Shown: positions 11,682 to 26,067 of the stretch, piece by piece
How positions within the stretch are numbered: the stretch's first letter is position 1
How the letters are laid out: every line of letters begins with the position of its first letter
NCBI GenBank assembly: GCA_050084515.1
Contig: CM114271.1
Span: 48,174,001-48,238,000, forward strand
Length of the DNA stretch: 64,000 nucleotides
Direction: 5' to 3'
Source of the DNA: Blasia pusilla
Taxonomy: Eukaryota
Program-made: the position numbers and the translations under genes
Notes under the pieces: model-generated
Told to the model about the DNA's origin: nothing
Seen by the model: the letters and a program-made list of their open reading frames with translations, nothing else
The model's database searches: none

Positions 11682-12953
11682 ATGGAGTTGCCACCTCATG
11701 CAGACCATAGCCCTCATGACAATGAGGACGAGAAAAGAGGGGAAAAACCCCTCGATACATGGACACTAGAGATGCTTTCGAAGGTGAACAAGAAGATGGT
11801 CTCGCAATTCATCACGGAAGATGAATTGAAGGCGCACTTGGATAGCCCATTGACGCACAAGTTTTGAAAGGAGAGTTCAAGAAGTTGCGGCTGAAGTGGC
11901 CGGAGCGTGGGATTGGAGAATTTGCAAGGAAAGTGGAAGGGAATGAGTGGACAAAGGATTGGGCTTTATTCAATGGCGTCCGAAAGTACGAAAACCTCCT
12001 TAAGAGGAAGAGGAAGTTAGTCAGCAAGCTATTTGTTCAACTTAAAGTCGCGGAGTTGATGAAGGATATGGCGGTTCAGTATGGTGATATGGATGAGGGG
12101 TCTTTGAGAAGAGATAGAGACCAAGAGAAGGAAGATAGTATAACCCCAATGCCACACTTTAAATGAGTAAGAGTGGAAGCTTCATCACCACGAGCGTCAT
12201 CGCGCCATTATTAGCAAGGTGGATTTTCAAGGAGCGTTAGAGCCATACTATCTTCCTTGGATGGTCAAAGAAGAAATCTTTGTGCTGAAGAAGATATACA
12301 AGACGAGAGTAGAGATGAAGGGCAAGTGCACATGTAGGATAGACAAGATGGTTTGAATGACCTTTATGTAGGTTGTAGTACGAGCTTTGATGAGCCCGGG
12401 GAGAGTTCTGATCGCCATGTACAAAGCGATGCTTCTCCCAGAACCTTTCGTGGGGAGAGTGCTCCGGATAATAGCAAGGTAATATCTGGTCTATAACAAG
12501 TGGAGAGTTTAATAAAAAATTCCCAACGTAATCTTGATTTAGCCGTCAGAATACAACGCTTTGAAGGGGAAGTATGAACAGTTATCTGAGAAGCACATCA
12601 TATTGAAGAGCGAGATAAAGAGGATTTTGAACAAATCTATTTCTAGAGATGACCTCCATAGAAGGCAAAGAGCTATAATGGTTGATCACATAGAGTAGTG
12701 GAGGAGAGCATACAAGAATATCATGGCAAGACGACAACAAGAGATGGATAAACTCTTGCGATGGAGAGCAAGGGGTAATGTGGGAGAACTCACCCCCAAG
12801 ACAACTCTACTTGAGGGTCGTGTTTTGAAGGAGGTTGAGATGATCTTATTTCAACCTATCGAGAAGTTGTGGCCTCTAGCTCTACGGGCAGCATGGGACA
12901 ATGTCATAGATCCAAACGCTGAAAACTATGCCTCCATGAAAACTATGCCATGA
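11682..12953 (+). pseudogene. Decayed coding sequence of unknown function, charged/coiled-coil-like
   Basis: Consecutive same-strand ORF pieces 11598-11867, 11864-12166, 12723-12953 with protein-like composition; no recognisable domain. Confidence 0.35.
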
Positions 12954-13009
12954 GCTCATGAGACACCTGAATTGCTACATTTGGTACTCACACGAAGTAG
13001 GGAAGCTTA

Positions 13010-14268
13010 TCTTGGTTAGTCAGTTAAGCACGATTATCTTAACTATGGTTAGTTAATCATAATTAGTCTAACTTGAGACTATGGTTAAGGGTAGGGTTAG
13101 GGTTGCTTGTACATTTCCTATATAATTGAGAAGAGGACCAACCTCCACTCATTCTCTCATTGCAAATTTTGTTCTCCATGGTGGTGTGTGTGTGTGAGAG
13201 CCATTTTCCACCAGTTATGCTTGTTTAGTAGTTTTCCACATGGTATCAGAGCGGGAGAAGAACATCACCTGAAAATCTTGGTGTTTGAAGAGAGAAGAGA
13301 GGCAAGAGAAGGCACAATTTCAGTTTGGGAGAAGGAAATTTTATTCAGAGCTCAGCGGGTGCAGGATTTAGGTGGAGCTTTAACGGTGATCAAACTTTGG
13401 AGGCATTTTTTAGGGGTATCCCGGTCGATTCAGCCGTCAGGTTCCACTTTGGCTAGAATGACACCAAAGGCTCGTCCTAGATTTGTTTTAGAGCTTGTCG
13501 AGATTTTTCCAACGCACCCAAAATCGCTCAATTTTGACACTCTGAGCTCATGTAGTAGCAATTTCAGTGTAGGAAAGTGCAATTAGTGAAGAAAAGTTGT
13601 GTAGTTTGCTCAGGCCAATTTCGACTAGTTCTTTCATACAGTTGATAAATTTTGGAAAATTTTAGGTCGATTTCTGTGTAGGAGTGGTCTATGCTTCAAT
13701 TGGAGCAATAAAAAGCCTGAAATTACGTTTTTGTGAGTGAAATCGTTTATCATGGAGTATTCCTCAGCAACAATCACAAGCGAGAAGCTACACAAGCATA
13801 ATTACAATGTCTGGAAGTTTCGCATAAAACAATTTTTCATAGGTCAAGAACTATGGGAGCTTGTCACAGGTGATGAGGCCAAGCCAGAAGGTGACTCAAC
13901 AAACTTGAATGTTTGCGCTTGGAACAAACGTGCAAGGCAAGTAATCCACTACATTTCAATAACGATTAGTTCGCCAATGATAGGTCACATCCAAGATGTT
14001 GATATTCCGAAGGAGACTTGGGATGCATTGGAAAAGTTGTTCCAGAAATCTACAAAGGCCAGAAAGCTTCAATTGAAATAGCAATTGAACAAAGTGAGGA
14101 AAGGATCGCATAGCATCAATGATTATATTTTCAGTATCAGACATATTGTTGATCAGTTGAATAGCATTGGAGTGACAGTAGAAGATGATGATCTGATTTT
14201 ATTCACTCTTCAAGGCCTTCCAAAGGATTACAAGTCCTTTGAGACCTCTATCTCTGTGAGAGAGAAGT
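13010..14268 (+). mobile_element. Ty1/Copia LTR retrotransposon 5' part (LTR, PBS, gag), truncated by MULE insertion
   Basis: LTR ending ...CA at 13240 followed by tRNA-iMet PBS TGGTATCAGAGC (13241-13252); gag KLHKHNYNVWKFRIK...LWELV...WDALEKLF...LQGLPKDYKSF with one in-frame stop; LTR start approximate. Confidence 0.88.
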
Positions 14269-17200
14269 GGGGCTGGTATTCTGGCATGAGAGAGGACGAG
14301 AGGAGAGGAAGAGAGGAGAGTCTCTCTTAAAAAAAAAAAGGGCAGAATCCGCCTCCTCTCTTCAAAACTTTTTGAAAATTTTGAAAATTTTGTTTGCTTT
14401 CAAATTCATGAAATATTTAAAAGAGAGTAGCAAATGAACCACATTCAGGCCTAATGTAACTTTCTTTTTCCAGGCTTGCAAGAACAAGTAGACATCATAA
14501 GACCACTACAAACATCCTTCCATCACTCTCCATGTGAGCCCAATTTTCTTTACATTGCCTGTCTAAGCCAACTCTATAGTAAGCCGGGCTGAGGGGTATT
14601 AATATCGGCGGACCATCGGTAGATAATTTGACCCAAAGTAGCAATTTCATCTCAATGAAAGGTTCAAATAAAGACTCTAACTATGGTCTTAATAGACTCC
14701 TCTGCCCTTCAAGGTTTAACTTCTCTAAAGATGTGGTGGATATTATGGATTGTTGACTCTTCTTGCATTAAATATCCTATCCGATCAATACTCATCCATG
14801 AGGGTTTTACACAACAGAACAAATCACTCATCACTAATGGTAGCCAAAGACTTTCATGATAGCATTGGATGATGTTGGCTCATGAATGGGTGCATAAAGT
14901 ATACCATGGAGTGCTATGCGTTTGACAACTTGGTTTCACCATTCTCTCAACCACTGAGAAATGTATGCATCAAGAAGAAAATATGTTGAGATTGAGAGGA
15001 CAATGGAACCAAAAGGTTGATAGCTGTCAGGAGTAAAGAGGAACTGATGCACCTATGTCCCTTCATTCAGACCCTAAATGTCGGAATCTGACAGGTTGCA
15101 ACTCTTGCAACCCGTCGAAATCCAATGGGTTGCACCCCCTTTCAAGCAAGCACACCACAACAAAAGAAGGATCTTGAGAAGTGATTCCATTCCACCCTGC
15201 AATCCATGAGAATCCGACTGGTTGGGAATCTAACATGAGAATCCGACAAGTAGTAGGAATCCAACACGTCTCTGAAATACCGTGTTAGAGAAGAATGGTG
15301 TGACGATAATGGGGGAACAAGGCAAAAGTGAAGAAGCCTGCCAAAATGCCTGAAAAGTTGGACTAACAAGAAAAGAGTGGGATCACTCAAGCAGCCAACA
15401 TGTCGGAATCCGACAATTTTCCTGCAAGAGGTTTAAAATATTGTGACAAGTTGCAACGCGTCCGAATCCGACGGGTTACAAAATAAACAACCTCGAGTAG
15501 ATAGACCAACACAATCGATAAGAACAAAAACAATTCAGCATAAGTTTACAAAAACCATCCTGGTTCAAAAACTTTATGTCCTTTATTACATCCAAGGGAA
15601 GCTCGGAAATGTACATTTGATCTAGTCTATGATTTCTTCAACCTCGTCATCTACAAATTTACTCGTAACTCTCCTAGGTTCCTATACAAAAGGAATGTCT
15701 TGGGATACAAGTGGCTCCTCTGGCCGATTGTAGACGAGGATCAAAAATATTGGGGAATTCAAGAGCCATGGCCCCGCCCTAGGTACACCATAACGGTCCC
15801 ATGTAACATGATTTGAGTCCCAACACCTTCCTCGGCAGTAAATCTTGTATGCTCTGCAAGGTGACACCCATCTTGTATCAATATGTGCTCCGTCCATGGA
15901 AAGCACTAAATCCCAACTCCAAAACACTTCAATCAAGCTGGGTCCAATACATCTTTGAACTCACTCGTCATCGTCCGATAGCTCTTCCAAAATTACTCTC
16001 AACTTTTCCCTCCCGATTTTCGGAATAGTAGGAAGTGACGATGATGTCACTATTAATGCTGGTTATGGAACCGGAGCTATTGGCTTTGGAGGAGAGTTGT
16101 ATACTCCCACTAGCCTCTCGTAATCCACCTTTGCCTCTTTCCAAAGGTCAAAAAGTTCCGGCCTTCCCTCAAGGCAGAGAAAGTTCCTGCGACTGTGCCA
16201 GGCACCTCTGATACTCGCCCTTGATAGGCCCACTAAGTCAAAGACCAAGTCATCCGGCCTCGAACAGAACTCGATGAGCGTTTGCATCAAGGCAGGTGAC
16301 TTTTCCCTTCCTCCAAGTAAGGGGTTCGTGTCTTGCATGTAAATTCCCGGGGGGGGAGGAGGGGGAATTGTAGAGACTATCTAAGTTGTACCCATCGGAG
16401 CATGGATCCACTGGATCCGGGATCTGGAACACCTGGAAGTTGTGCTCGGGCCTTACAAAGCAGTAGAAAAATGATCGGTCCATCTATAAACAAGTAGGTA
16501 AAAAATAATGTCTGCAAAAAGAAAAAGCTAGTAGACCGCTGGTCTACTCTCCATAAACTGACATAATGTGCAAACCGTCGGGATCCGACGGGTTGCTTTT
16601 CAACCCGTCATACTAGTCCATACTAATTACCAACTCGTCCAAACTTGGCCTATAGGCCTGACGAAACAATGACCTGTCAGAGTCCGACGGGTTGTCTTAC
16701 AACTCTAAGACCCCTTTTTGGCCATGAGCAACCCGTCGGAAGCCGACAGGTTGCTCATCTTGCTGGACAAAACCTCCACCGTTTCGAGTGCGATGGTTGG
16801 CTTACAACTGAATACAATTGTTCACAGTTGATAAGTTCCTAATATAAGAGCAACCCATCACTTTTAGACAAGTTGCATCAATCCAGAAACATGGGGAAAA
16901 GCAGTGCTACTTGCAACCCGTCGGATTCCGACGGGTTGCAGTCAATGGAGACTTGTTGGTGAGTTTGCAACCGGTCGCTTTCAGACGGATTGCAACACCG
17001 CAGACACAAGCTATTGGGATCCGATGGGTTGCATGCTCAGATACAACCCGTCGAAGCCTGACGGGTTGATTTTCTGTTAAACTAAATTTTTTTAATAAGA
17101 GGACTTACCCGGACTTGACTCGTCGCCGATCGGAGTGGATACTCATTTTTAATTACCCATGATTGTGTCATCCTCCACTTCAGCAACCTCTTTACGCACT

Positions 17201-20200
17201 GAAGGTTGAAGAGCTTATCTTCGCTCCCTCTAGTGAGAACCAAGAAACAACCCATATCACTCAGATACGCGTCGGCAAAAGAAAACAACAACGCGATCTG
17301 GTCGTACGAAAGCGGGACATTCCAGTTTGGGATAGTGTCAGATGGATTTTTGTCCCACAAGAAAAACCCAGAAGGCAAATCCGCAATGAGGAGGTCCACC
17401 GCCACCTCCTCAACCACCCCATGCACCGTCCAGGGGGCGTGCCCATTTCGAAGGAGTTTTCATCACAGCACGGTCAATTTGTCGATGGCAGGTGTCGACT
17501 CCTAAGAACTGAAACTCTGCAGCTCATCGACAAGATGAGTCAAGTGAACAAGGACACTTGTCCTGATGGTTTTTTCCCTATGGCTGCCCAAGGATGATGG
17601 AGTGTATATCACATCCTTATCTCCTCCCTCGGACGAACAAGATGCCTCCCGCTTCCGCTTCTCCCGAGTCTGCTGTCGGCTTGTGGGAGTCTCTATTACC
17701 TCAAACTCCACAAGAGTTTTCTTGGACGAGGACCTGGTTAGGCCCTCTCGCCCCGCTTGCCCGGACGATTCTACCTCTCACCTTGAGGACTTAGCCTCTT
17801 TTCTAGAAGACTCTGCCTCAGATTTCCTCGATCCCTTCGCCTTCCTCTTTGGTGGTGACGACCTTGCCCACCAACTCCGCTGTCTCAAGGGCTTGCTCCT
17901 CCGCATCTCCTTCGAAAAAATTGTCACGTTGCACAAAGTTTGGAATGTCATCCCTACCTGCAACCACAGCATCATACACCTCCCAGTCGGACATGCCCTG
18001 TCCCATCTTCATGTCGTACATGAAGAATGCCTCTCCATCAGGCGCAGAAGCCCAAAATTTGCAGGTTGCCGGTAATTTTTGCCAGGTACCTGCATTCTTA
18101 CAATTGATGAGGTACCTATACACCATCCGCTCAGCAGCTCTTTGTCGAGATGACTTGGCCGCCTGGTCCTCAAGGTCCCGCTTCTTCTTTGCAAAATCTT
18201 GTTTTTTGGCATCTATTTCTTCATGCAGGTGTGCCTAAGGGAGGATGTGATTCTTGAACATCGTCCTGAATCCGGGGTTTTTCGTGGGCACTATTTTGAA
18301 CTATGTCATCAAGTCATAGTTCAAAATCTTCTGCAACCTCTAGGTTTGCTTCTTCTGGAATTGGCTCAATCTTCTTCAGCTCCGCTTGAAGATCCACGAG
18401 CATGGACTTCCCCAGAAGGCGTAACGCGTCCCAGAATGACCATTCCCGTACCCAATGGGAGATCACTGGATCTGAAACTCCCGAAGGACGGTGTGCCGCC
18501 CGCTTTTGGTCCTTAGTGCCCTCGAGACTGATTTTCATCAGTCAGATTCGCCTAAACTCGGATATCCCAGACAGTGCAAATTTGTGCATGTGTTCTAGAG
18601 ACACTTTCTCGCCGATCCGACCCTGTGGATCTTCGTCTCTCTTCCGCTGGCGCTTGATTATTGCCTTGAGCTCTTTGTAAAACTCTGGACCAAGTTCGGG
18701 GTTGAGAATTGCAATGTAACGCTCCATCTTGCTTGTAGTGTACTTTGTAGCTACAGATACAGAAACATGAATAAACTTTGCACATTTCGACGCTGACACG
18801 TTCTCTCTTCGCTCCAATTCCAACGAAGCACTCTTCTTGGCGGCTGGATCTTGGACCAACATAGGATTGTGACGGCTGCATCTTGGGAAATGAAGGTATT
18901 TGCCCAAGTCTTATTTTTTATTTGAGCTCCCTTTGCCAGCATCTCATTTACCAGACCGTCGCCAAGGAATCCCTTGTACTCTGCCCGGTGCGTCGTAAGC
19001 ACCTTCTTCGCCCTGTTGCAATCCTGGATCCAATGGTGGGTGACGTTCCCCTCCGATACAATCCTGCACATCCAAACATAAGGTAAGAATACTACAACCT
19101 ATCGGGTTCTTGCAACCCGTCGAATTCCGCCAGGTCGTAATTGTGTCAACCCATGGGGGTCGTAATGGTAGCATAGAGATAAATGTTGCAATCCGTCGGA
19201 GTCCGACGGGTTGCAACATGTATCTTTGTGTTACACTTATTGCAACACTCTTGAAATTTTTAGAGAGAATTGCAACCCATCAAAGTCCGAAAGGTCGCAC
19301 TCTCTTTTCGTGACTTTCTGGTCCAACCGATTTAGTCATTGGTTACAACTCGTCGGACTCCGATGGGTTGTAGAATGACTTCAATTCGGAGACAGGTTTC
19401 CGGAAAAAAACTGCACATATCCACCCGTTGGAGTCCGACAGGTTGCGCAATGCCTTGTAAAGCTGGAATTGGACGCCTAAAAGCAAGCTCTCGTACTCTG
19501 ACCACCTACTCTAGGGGGGGAAATGCAACTCGTCGGAGTCCGACGAGTTGCTTTTAGGCGTCCGATGATTTGTTACCTCTCGTTGTGCAACCCGTCGGAG
19601 TCCGACCGATTGCAGAACAAATAAATCATGCATTTATTTTTCCACTCGCTGATGTTCGACTGGCTTCAGTATCCCGGATTAATTTGGTATGCTTGGCCAC
19701 CAAGCAACTCGTCGGACTCAGACGGTTTGCTTTACTATGAAATTGACCACAAAGAGGATAGTGGCAAGAGACTCAAATCATTCTTGACCATCTTTAAGCT
19801 TTCCAATTATTCAACATGTATGACTCCGACAGGTTGAAGCAATCAAACTTAAGGAAGAGGAAACTGATGTATTCATCGCATGCATTGCCATTTCCACCAT
19901 TGCCATGTGATGAAGAAATGGATGGAGCACCACTGCCTTCACGTAAAAAATGCGCCTCCAATGAATTTGGGCGCTCCTCTGCTGTCGCGCCCCTACTCTC
20001 CTTGAACGCCAATCTCTAGTGTTGCGGAAGCGTACGTTCAGTAGGACACGGTCTCATCGCCGATCTGCACCCAAACACGCATTCTCGTTAGTCGGGTCCG
20101 TGCCAACCAGCGTTCCAACCCACCGAGTTCTCAACTTGGCGTCTCATCAAGCTCAACCTTCCTTAATTCCTAGTTTCCAAAACATGGCAAGTCCTTCAAG

Positions 20201-22621
20201 ACTTGGAACAAACTTCCTGGTTAGTCTAGGGATCTGAAACGGCACTTGCGCGCCTAGTGATCCCAAATGTTCAACGGACCTCGTGTGAGTAAACCGAGAC
20301 CCAAGTAATTGAGTCGCGGGGTGAAATCCAAGAGGGATGTCTAAAATCGCCTCAATAGACTTGGTGCAAGTTTTCCAATCCAACCCCCAAACTCGCGTTC
20401 CGTTCCATGCCCTTGAGCCGCCCCGCGGCGCCCAAAGTGGGGTTTGGGTTCCAAGCACTCTCGGAGACCTTCCCCCTTACTTGTACTTCTGGGGTTCTCC
20501 AATAACCCCCCTTTGGAAAAGAAGGGTCGGGCCCTTCATTGTGGCCCTCAACCCGACTCTACTTATAGTTGTTTCCGGGTTTTTTCTCAGCTGATGCTTA
20601 AGCATTTGCAAAGATCTTTAGTGCGTTTGAACCGGCTTTCCATAAGCCTTCCAACGCATCCTTTTTTAATTCAAACGCATCTTGGCGCTAAAAGTTATGG
20701 CCATAAATACAGTCGGAAACTCTCAAACGCTAGTGGCGTTCCAAATCCGGATTCTTCCTTTGGCAACCCACTTCCTAGACTCAACTTCTTTCAAGTCTTG
20801 TTCGGCGTTTGGTCCAGGTTTCTCAGTCGTGACCATAACATCTGAAACGCGAAGCCTCGCTTTCGTCTCATCTCTTGTCTCTTCTTCGAGACCAATCCAA
20901 CGCGCAAACCATCTTAGCGTGAGCCCGCTTATGTTCTGATGTTCTGCTTTGGCACTCGTTTGGTCATGAGGGTCGCAACATCTGCAAACTGCGTCCACGC
21001 CATGTACCTGTGGTTTCCATCCCACATGAAGAAGTAAAGGTTCCGCATCCAGCTAAATTTGGTTCCTTCAATCGCTTTTCTGAACTCCTGATCTCTTATC
21101 CTCCAGAAAGTATCCAATGCCTCCAAGTCCTCTTCCGTCACCAACGCTTGGGTTCCATGTTCATTGTAAGGCTGAGCATAGAACGGAGGGAAGCTATTGA
21201 CATAGGATGCAGTCGCTGCCGACTGTTTGAGCTTTGCAATATCCTCCTCCAATTGAATTTTGCGGACGTACTCCATTGTCCGCAATCCACAGAGTGGAAT
21301 TCTTGGGGCATTCTGGCCCTCCATCAGTGCCATCTGCTTAATAACCTGCCACAATGGGGACCAAGTCAATAAAATAAAATGTTCTGCCAATGAATTGCAT
21401 AATGAGCCTTCACATAACTCAACTTTTTCTTACCCGCTCAAAGATTGGGTCGGTGTCTAGGCCCGCCAGCTGCTCTGGGAGAGCATCTGGCAAGTCCACG
21501 GGAAACTCATCGATCTGATAAAGGTTGATTTCTTCCACACGGCTCAAAGACAACGAAGACTCTTCTCCTGCTTCTTCAGAGATGTCCACCATCTCCACAC
21601 TTGCTGTCCTCATGACCTCATCATTTGTCACTTGAACTTCGGCCGTTTTCTCAGCCAATTTTAGATTCATGGTGTCCCCAGACCTCATCGGAGACATTTC
21701 TTGCATCTTAACACTCTGTTGGACGAGCATGGCTTTCTTCAATAGCAATTGCTTTTTCCCTTTGAGCTTTCGCCAATTTTGCTCTCCTCAAAGAGGCTTC
21801 AAGACGCTTCTTCTTGCATTTCTTGTCCGCGACTCTTTTCTTGAAGGCCTCCGATGCCTCAGCCTCGGTGTTTTGCTTAGCAAGCTCCTCCAGTACACGT
21901 TTTGCTAGAACCTTTTGCCTGTCCATATCTGCTTCCCTTTCCCGCTTCTCTATTTCTTGTTGCCTTATCTCATTTGCCGAACGAGGATCTGAAGATGGTG
22001 ACATCGGAGTCCTGATGGACTTGGGAGTGATGCTCCCTACCTTGGTTGCTTGTGTTTTCTTGTCATGGTGCACGTTGGGTCAATTCTTCCTCCTCAAAAG
22101 TCTAATCTGCTCCTGTGCACGATAGATCCCTCGAAGTGTTTCGTGATGAAGCACCATGACCCTAAACCCAACTCTCTTAGAGTTTTGTGATGAAGTGCCG
22201 TGACCCTCCAACGGATGGGCTTGCCAAAATCGAACCCTCTAAGCGTCAGGTGCTAGATCTTTGTAACCTTCTAGTGAATTGGTGATGTAACCGAGTTTGG
22301 CAGCGGAAAGGTAACGCCAGCTGCTACGAGGAAGAGCAAATGAAATCGCGAAATGAAAAAAGAAAATGATCGAAACCTTAGCCTTTTATACTTTTCGAGC
22401 CGTTGAGCTGACCGTTGGGTTGTTGGGTCATACCGGTGGCGACGTGTCGGCCATTATGGAACTTTGCACGTGGGAATTCGGGCATACCGTTGGTCTCCGA
22501 CGGGTTGCAAGCTTCCCTCGTCTTGGGGATGCAGGGCGAGTTACCAAGGCAACCTGTTCGAGACCGAAGGGTTGCACGTATCCCTCATCCTCGGGTAACA
22601 GGGCGAGGTACTGAGGCAACC
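14269..22621. mobile_element. Copy B (more diverged) of the MULE-like element: left end through ParB-MTase pseudogene to promoter
   Basis: Starts GGGGCTGGTATTCTGGC...GAGAGGAAGAGAGG at 14269; - strand pieces 16063-16338 (MTase C), 17082-17426 (VDLLIADLPSG), 18751-19071, 20929-21390 (FFMWDGNHRY), 21708-22073. Confidence 0.85.
19983..20980. mobile_element. Solo LTR (998 bp) with 5-bp target-site duplication
   Basis: Begins TGTCGCGCCC, ends GGGTCGCAACA; TCTGC on both sides (19978-19982, 20981-20985); removing it restores the ParB exon seen at 4910-4945. Confidence 0.85.
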
Positions 22622-24242
22622 GAGGTGCGGTAAGAGGAGAGGAAGAGAGGAAGAGAGGAGAGAGGAAACTACCTTCAACAGAAATAAATACTTTTTTTTA
22701 AAGAGAGTTTTTGTTGGGTTGAAGAGAGGAAACTTTTTGTGTGATTTTTTTTGCACTTTTTTGCTCAATTATTAAGCAGTCCCACAGTTTTTTTTTCCTC
22801 TTCCATATTTTGGCAACCCCTCTGAGTCCGACGAGTTGCAAATTGCACAAAATTTAGAAAACTGAAAAATCAATGGAATCATAAGTGTGGAACCAATCAC
22901 TTTTTCCATCCAAGGTCTGGAAAAAATCTATCATTTGCCCTAGGTTGAAAAGAGTTCAAGCTCAAAGTGAAGGTTCTGGAAAAATGAAAGTACAATCTAA
23001 AACCTCATTTTGCATCCTCAAAGTGGTTTGTTTAAAATACTTTGCACTTTTGTGAGGGACAGAATTGGTTGGTGGATTCCTACTCCTACCTCCGACTCTC
23101 TTAAAACTACCAGCAACACATAGTACATGTGCTTACAAGGGAAATACCTTTTGCCACTTGTCTCTCTTTGGACAAAGTCATCACATGAACATGTGGGAAA
23201 GCAACAGATATGCACCACATACACCCCTGTGACACTTGAATTTACAGTGTTGTTCCTGACCCAATAAATCCTTCCTATTCCATTGCCACTTAAGACATCT
23301 TTCGTGGCGATGATCTCCATTTTTTCCTCCCGAGCTGATGCAATTCGCTTGCTCTCTCCACCGTTGGCCTACACATTCTATTTCTCTTCACCCCATTTCT
23401 AGATTCAAACAGAAATAGTGGATTGAGATCATCCACCTTCTCCGGGTACATGTTGACATCAATCTTGGGTTGAATATGAAATGCGAAGGTCTCGATAATG
23501 CGAACATGCTCCGAACTTCCCCCGTCTACGAGTCTGAAACCGGCACTTGTAAGATTGTCCACTTCGTCTTGAGTGCAACTCGTACCTACGGCGATGGGCC
23601 AAATTGTGGGGGTATTCCCCGGAGCTCCAATGGCAGCCAAGTAAGACTTCCGGAAAGCCCAAGATTCATTTGGGCATAAGAACTACTTCAATTGATCCCC
23701 GGTCCTCGTGAAACGATCAAAGGTTTTGAGTCCCCAAAACCTTGGCAGTGGTCGTCCAGTCCTTGTAGAGTTCTTATTTAGGAAAGTGCCGAATGCTCTC
23801 CTTATGCCATCAGATCCTGCCCTGCAAGTGGGTCCACGTCCTGGGTTGCTCCGAGATATATGCCAACGTTTTAGGTTGCAATCCACCTCCATTACCGGAA
23901 TCCCATATTGTTGAACCACCCCACCAACCGGATGTTGCGAACTTCCAGCAACGGAGGGCTTTTGAAATAAAACATTCACCGATTTTTGGATAAGTTACTC
24001 CATCACGAATTTGGGAGCGGTCAAGGGTCCCCGAATACCTGGGCGGCGTAATTTCCTCATCCCAATCAATCACCGGATTCGTTCCTCGATGTTGCCTCTT
24101 CACCTGCGTGAATTCAAGATACTTATCTGGTCTCCACGAGTCTTGCTCGGACTGCTTTACCACCATCTATATGGGACGTCTTGAAACGCGCCCACGAATA
24201 TCCCCACCAATGTGTACGTCTTGCTTGAGGGGAGTTCCTGCG
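22622..24242 (-). mobile_element. Copy C right arm (reverse): right terminus and transposase 3' part with SWIM finger
   Basis: GAGGTGCGGTAAGAGGAGAGG at 22622; ORF 23018-23320 CSCDDF...PCKHMYYV. Confidence 0.85.
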
Positions 24243-26067
24243 GGGGCAGGTATTCTGACAGGAGAGAGTAAGAGAGGAGAGGAAGAGAGGAAGAGAGGAG
24301 AGTCTCTCTTAAAAAAAAAGGCCAAATCTGCCTCCTCTCTTCAAAACTTTTTGACATATTTGAAATTTTTGTTTGCTTTAAAATTCAGGAAATCTTTAGA
24401 AGAGAGTATTTAGTGGTCCACATTTGGCCCTAAAAAAACCTCCTCTTTCCTGGGGGCGAGAAAAAAGGAGACATCATAAGACCACCCAAAACATTTTTCC
24501 ATCACTCTCCATGTGAGCCTAAGTTTCTTAACATTCCCTGTCTCGGTCAACAAAAAGCAGTGCCCTTGGTATTTTTGTTGGAGGAGCACCCGGATGGGTA
24601 CCTCTCTTTTTGCAAGGATTGTTTCCTGCATCATGGCCTCCCCTAAATTGCCCCATAACCAACTTTCTGTCGGTTATGAATGGTGTCTGCTCAAGACCAA
24701 CTTTCTGAAATGTGAACAAATCAGATCCTAAGGCTAAGAAACCGAGAAGCTGCACCCCTCCCAACCCGTAAGAAAGCTCACCATAAGAAAGGAAAGATTT
24801 TTAGAAGTGATTTTCTTCCACCCTGCACCCACGACGATCTAACGGGTTGGGAATCCGAAATGGCAATCCGACAGGTAGTAGGAATCCTGCACATCTTCGA
24901 CAAGAAAAGAAGCCTACAACTGGTTGGACGAATGAAGGGGAACGAGCCAGAAGTCAAGAAGCCCGCCACAATGCGTCAGAAGTTGGTCTCACCGAGATAG
25001 AGCCCGATCACTCAAGCAGTCAACCTGTTGGAATCCGACAACTTGCCTAGAAATGGTTAAAAAGTTGCAGTGGGCAAAAAGCAAAAAGTTGCAACTCGTC
25101 GGAATCATACTGGTTGCACAATTGTAATTCTGAGTAGCTAAAAGAACACAATCCACAAGTCCAAAAACATATTCCAGAAAACTTTTACAAACACCATTAT
25201 GGGTTGAAAAAATCTCGTCCTTTATTACCTCCGAAGGAACCTCGGAAATGTACATTTCACCTAGTCTATGATTTCTTCAGCCTCGTCATCTACAAATTTA
25301 CTCCTAACTCTCCTCGGTGACAGTACCAAAGGAATGTCCTGGGATTCAAGTGGCTCCTCTGGCCGATTGTAGACGGGGATCGAAAATGTTGGCGAATCCG
25401 AGAGCCTTGGACCCCCCCCTAGGTACACCATAACGGTCCCATGTCTCAGGTCCCACCGCCTTCCTCGACAGTATACCTTGTACGCTCTGCAATGTGACAC
25501 CCATCCAGTATCAATATCTGCTCCGTCCTCGGTAATACCATTATGGCAACCACACTGGTAGAAGGAATCCAACACGTCTGAGAGAAGAAAAGAAGCCTAC
25601 GCCTGCCTTTACGAGTTGAGGGGAAGGTGCCAAGGGAAGAAGCCCGCCAGACTGCCTCTTAAGTTGGACCAACATGGAAAGGGTCCGATCAGGCAACCTG
25701 TCGAGAATCAGACAAGTTGCCTGGAGGTGGTAAAAAGGGTGCAGTGGTCAAAAAGCGAAAAGTTTCAAGGAGGAGAAATCCGACGGGTTGCAGTGGTCAT
25801 AAAGTGAAAGTTGCAAGCAGGAGAAATCCGACGGGTTGCAAAATAGAAGTCCGTGGAGTACATAGACGATCACATTCGAAAAGACAAAAAATGATCAGCA
25901 AACATTTACAAGCACCACCATCGATCGAAAAAATCTTCTGCTTTATATCATCCGAAAAAAGCTCGGAACTGTACATTTGATCTATTCTATGAAATCTTTT
26001 GCCTCATTATCAAAAAACTCCCTACTCCAAACGCTGCAGTCAAGCTGGGTCGTTGAGTTCTTTGAAC

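Noticed and set aside
13081-13105. Telomeric repeat (GGGTAGGGTTAGGGTT)
   Set aside because: Only two to three imperfect units inside the Copia LTR; not an interstitial telomere array
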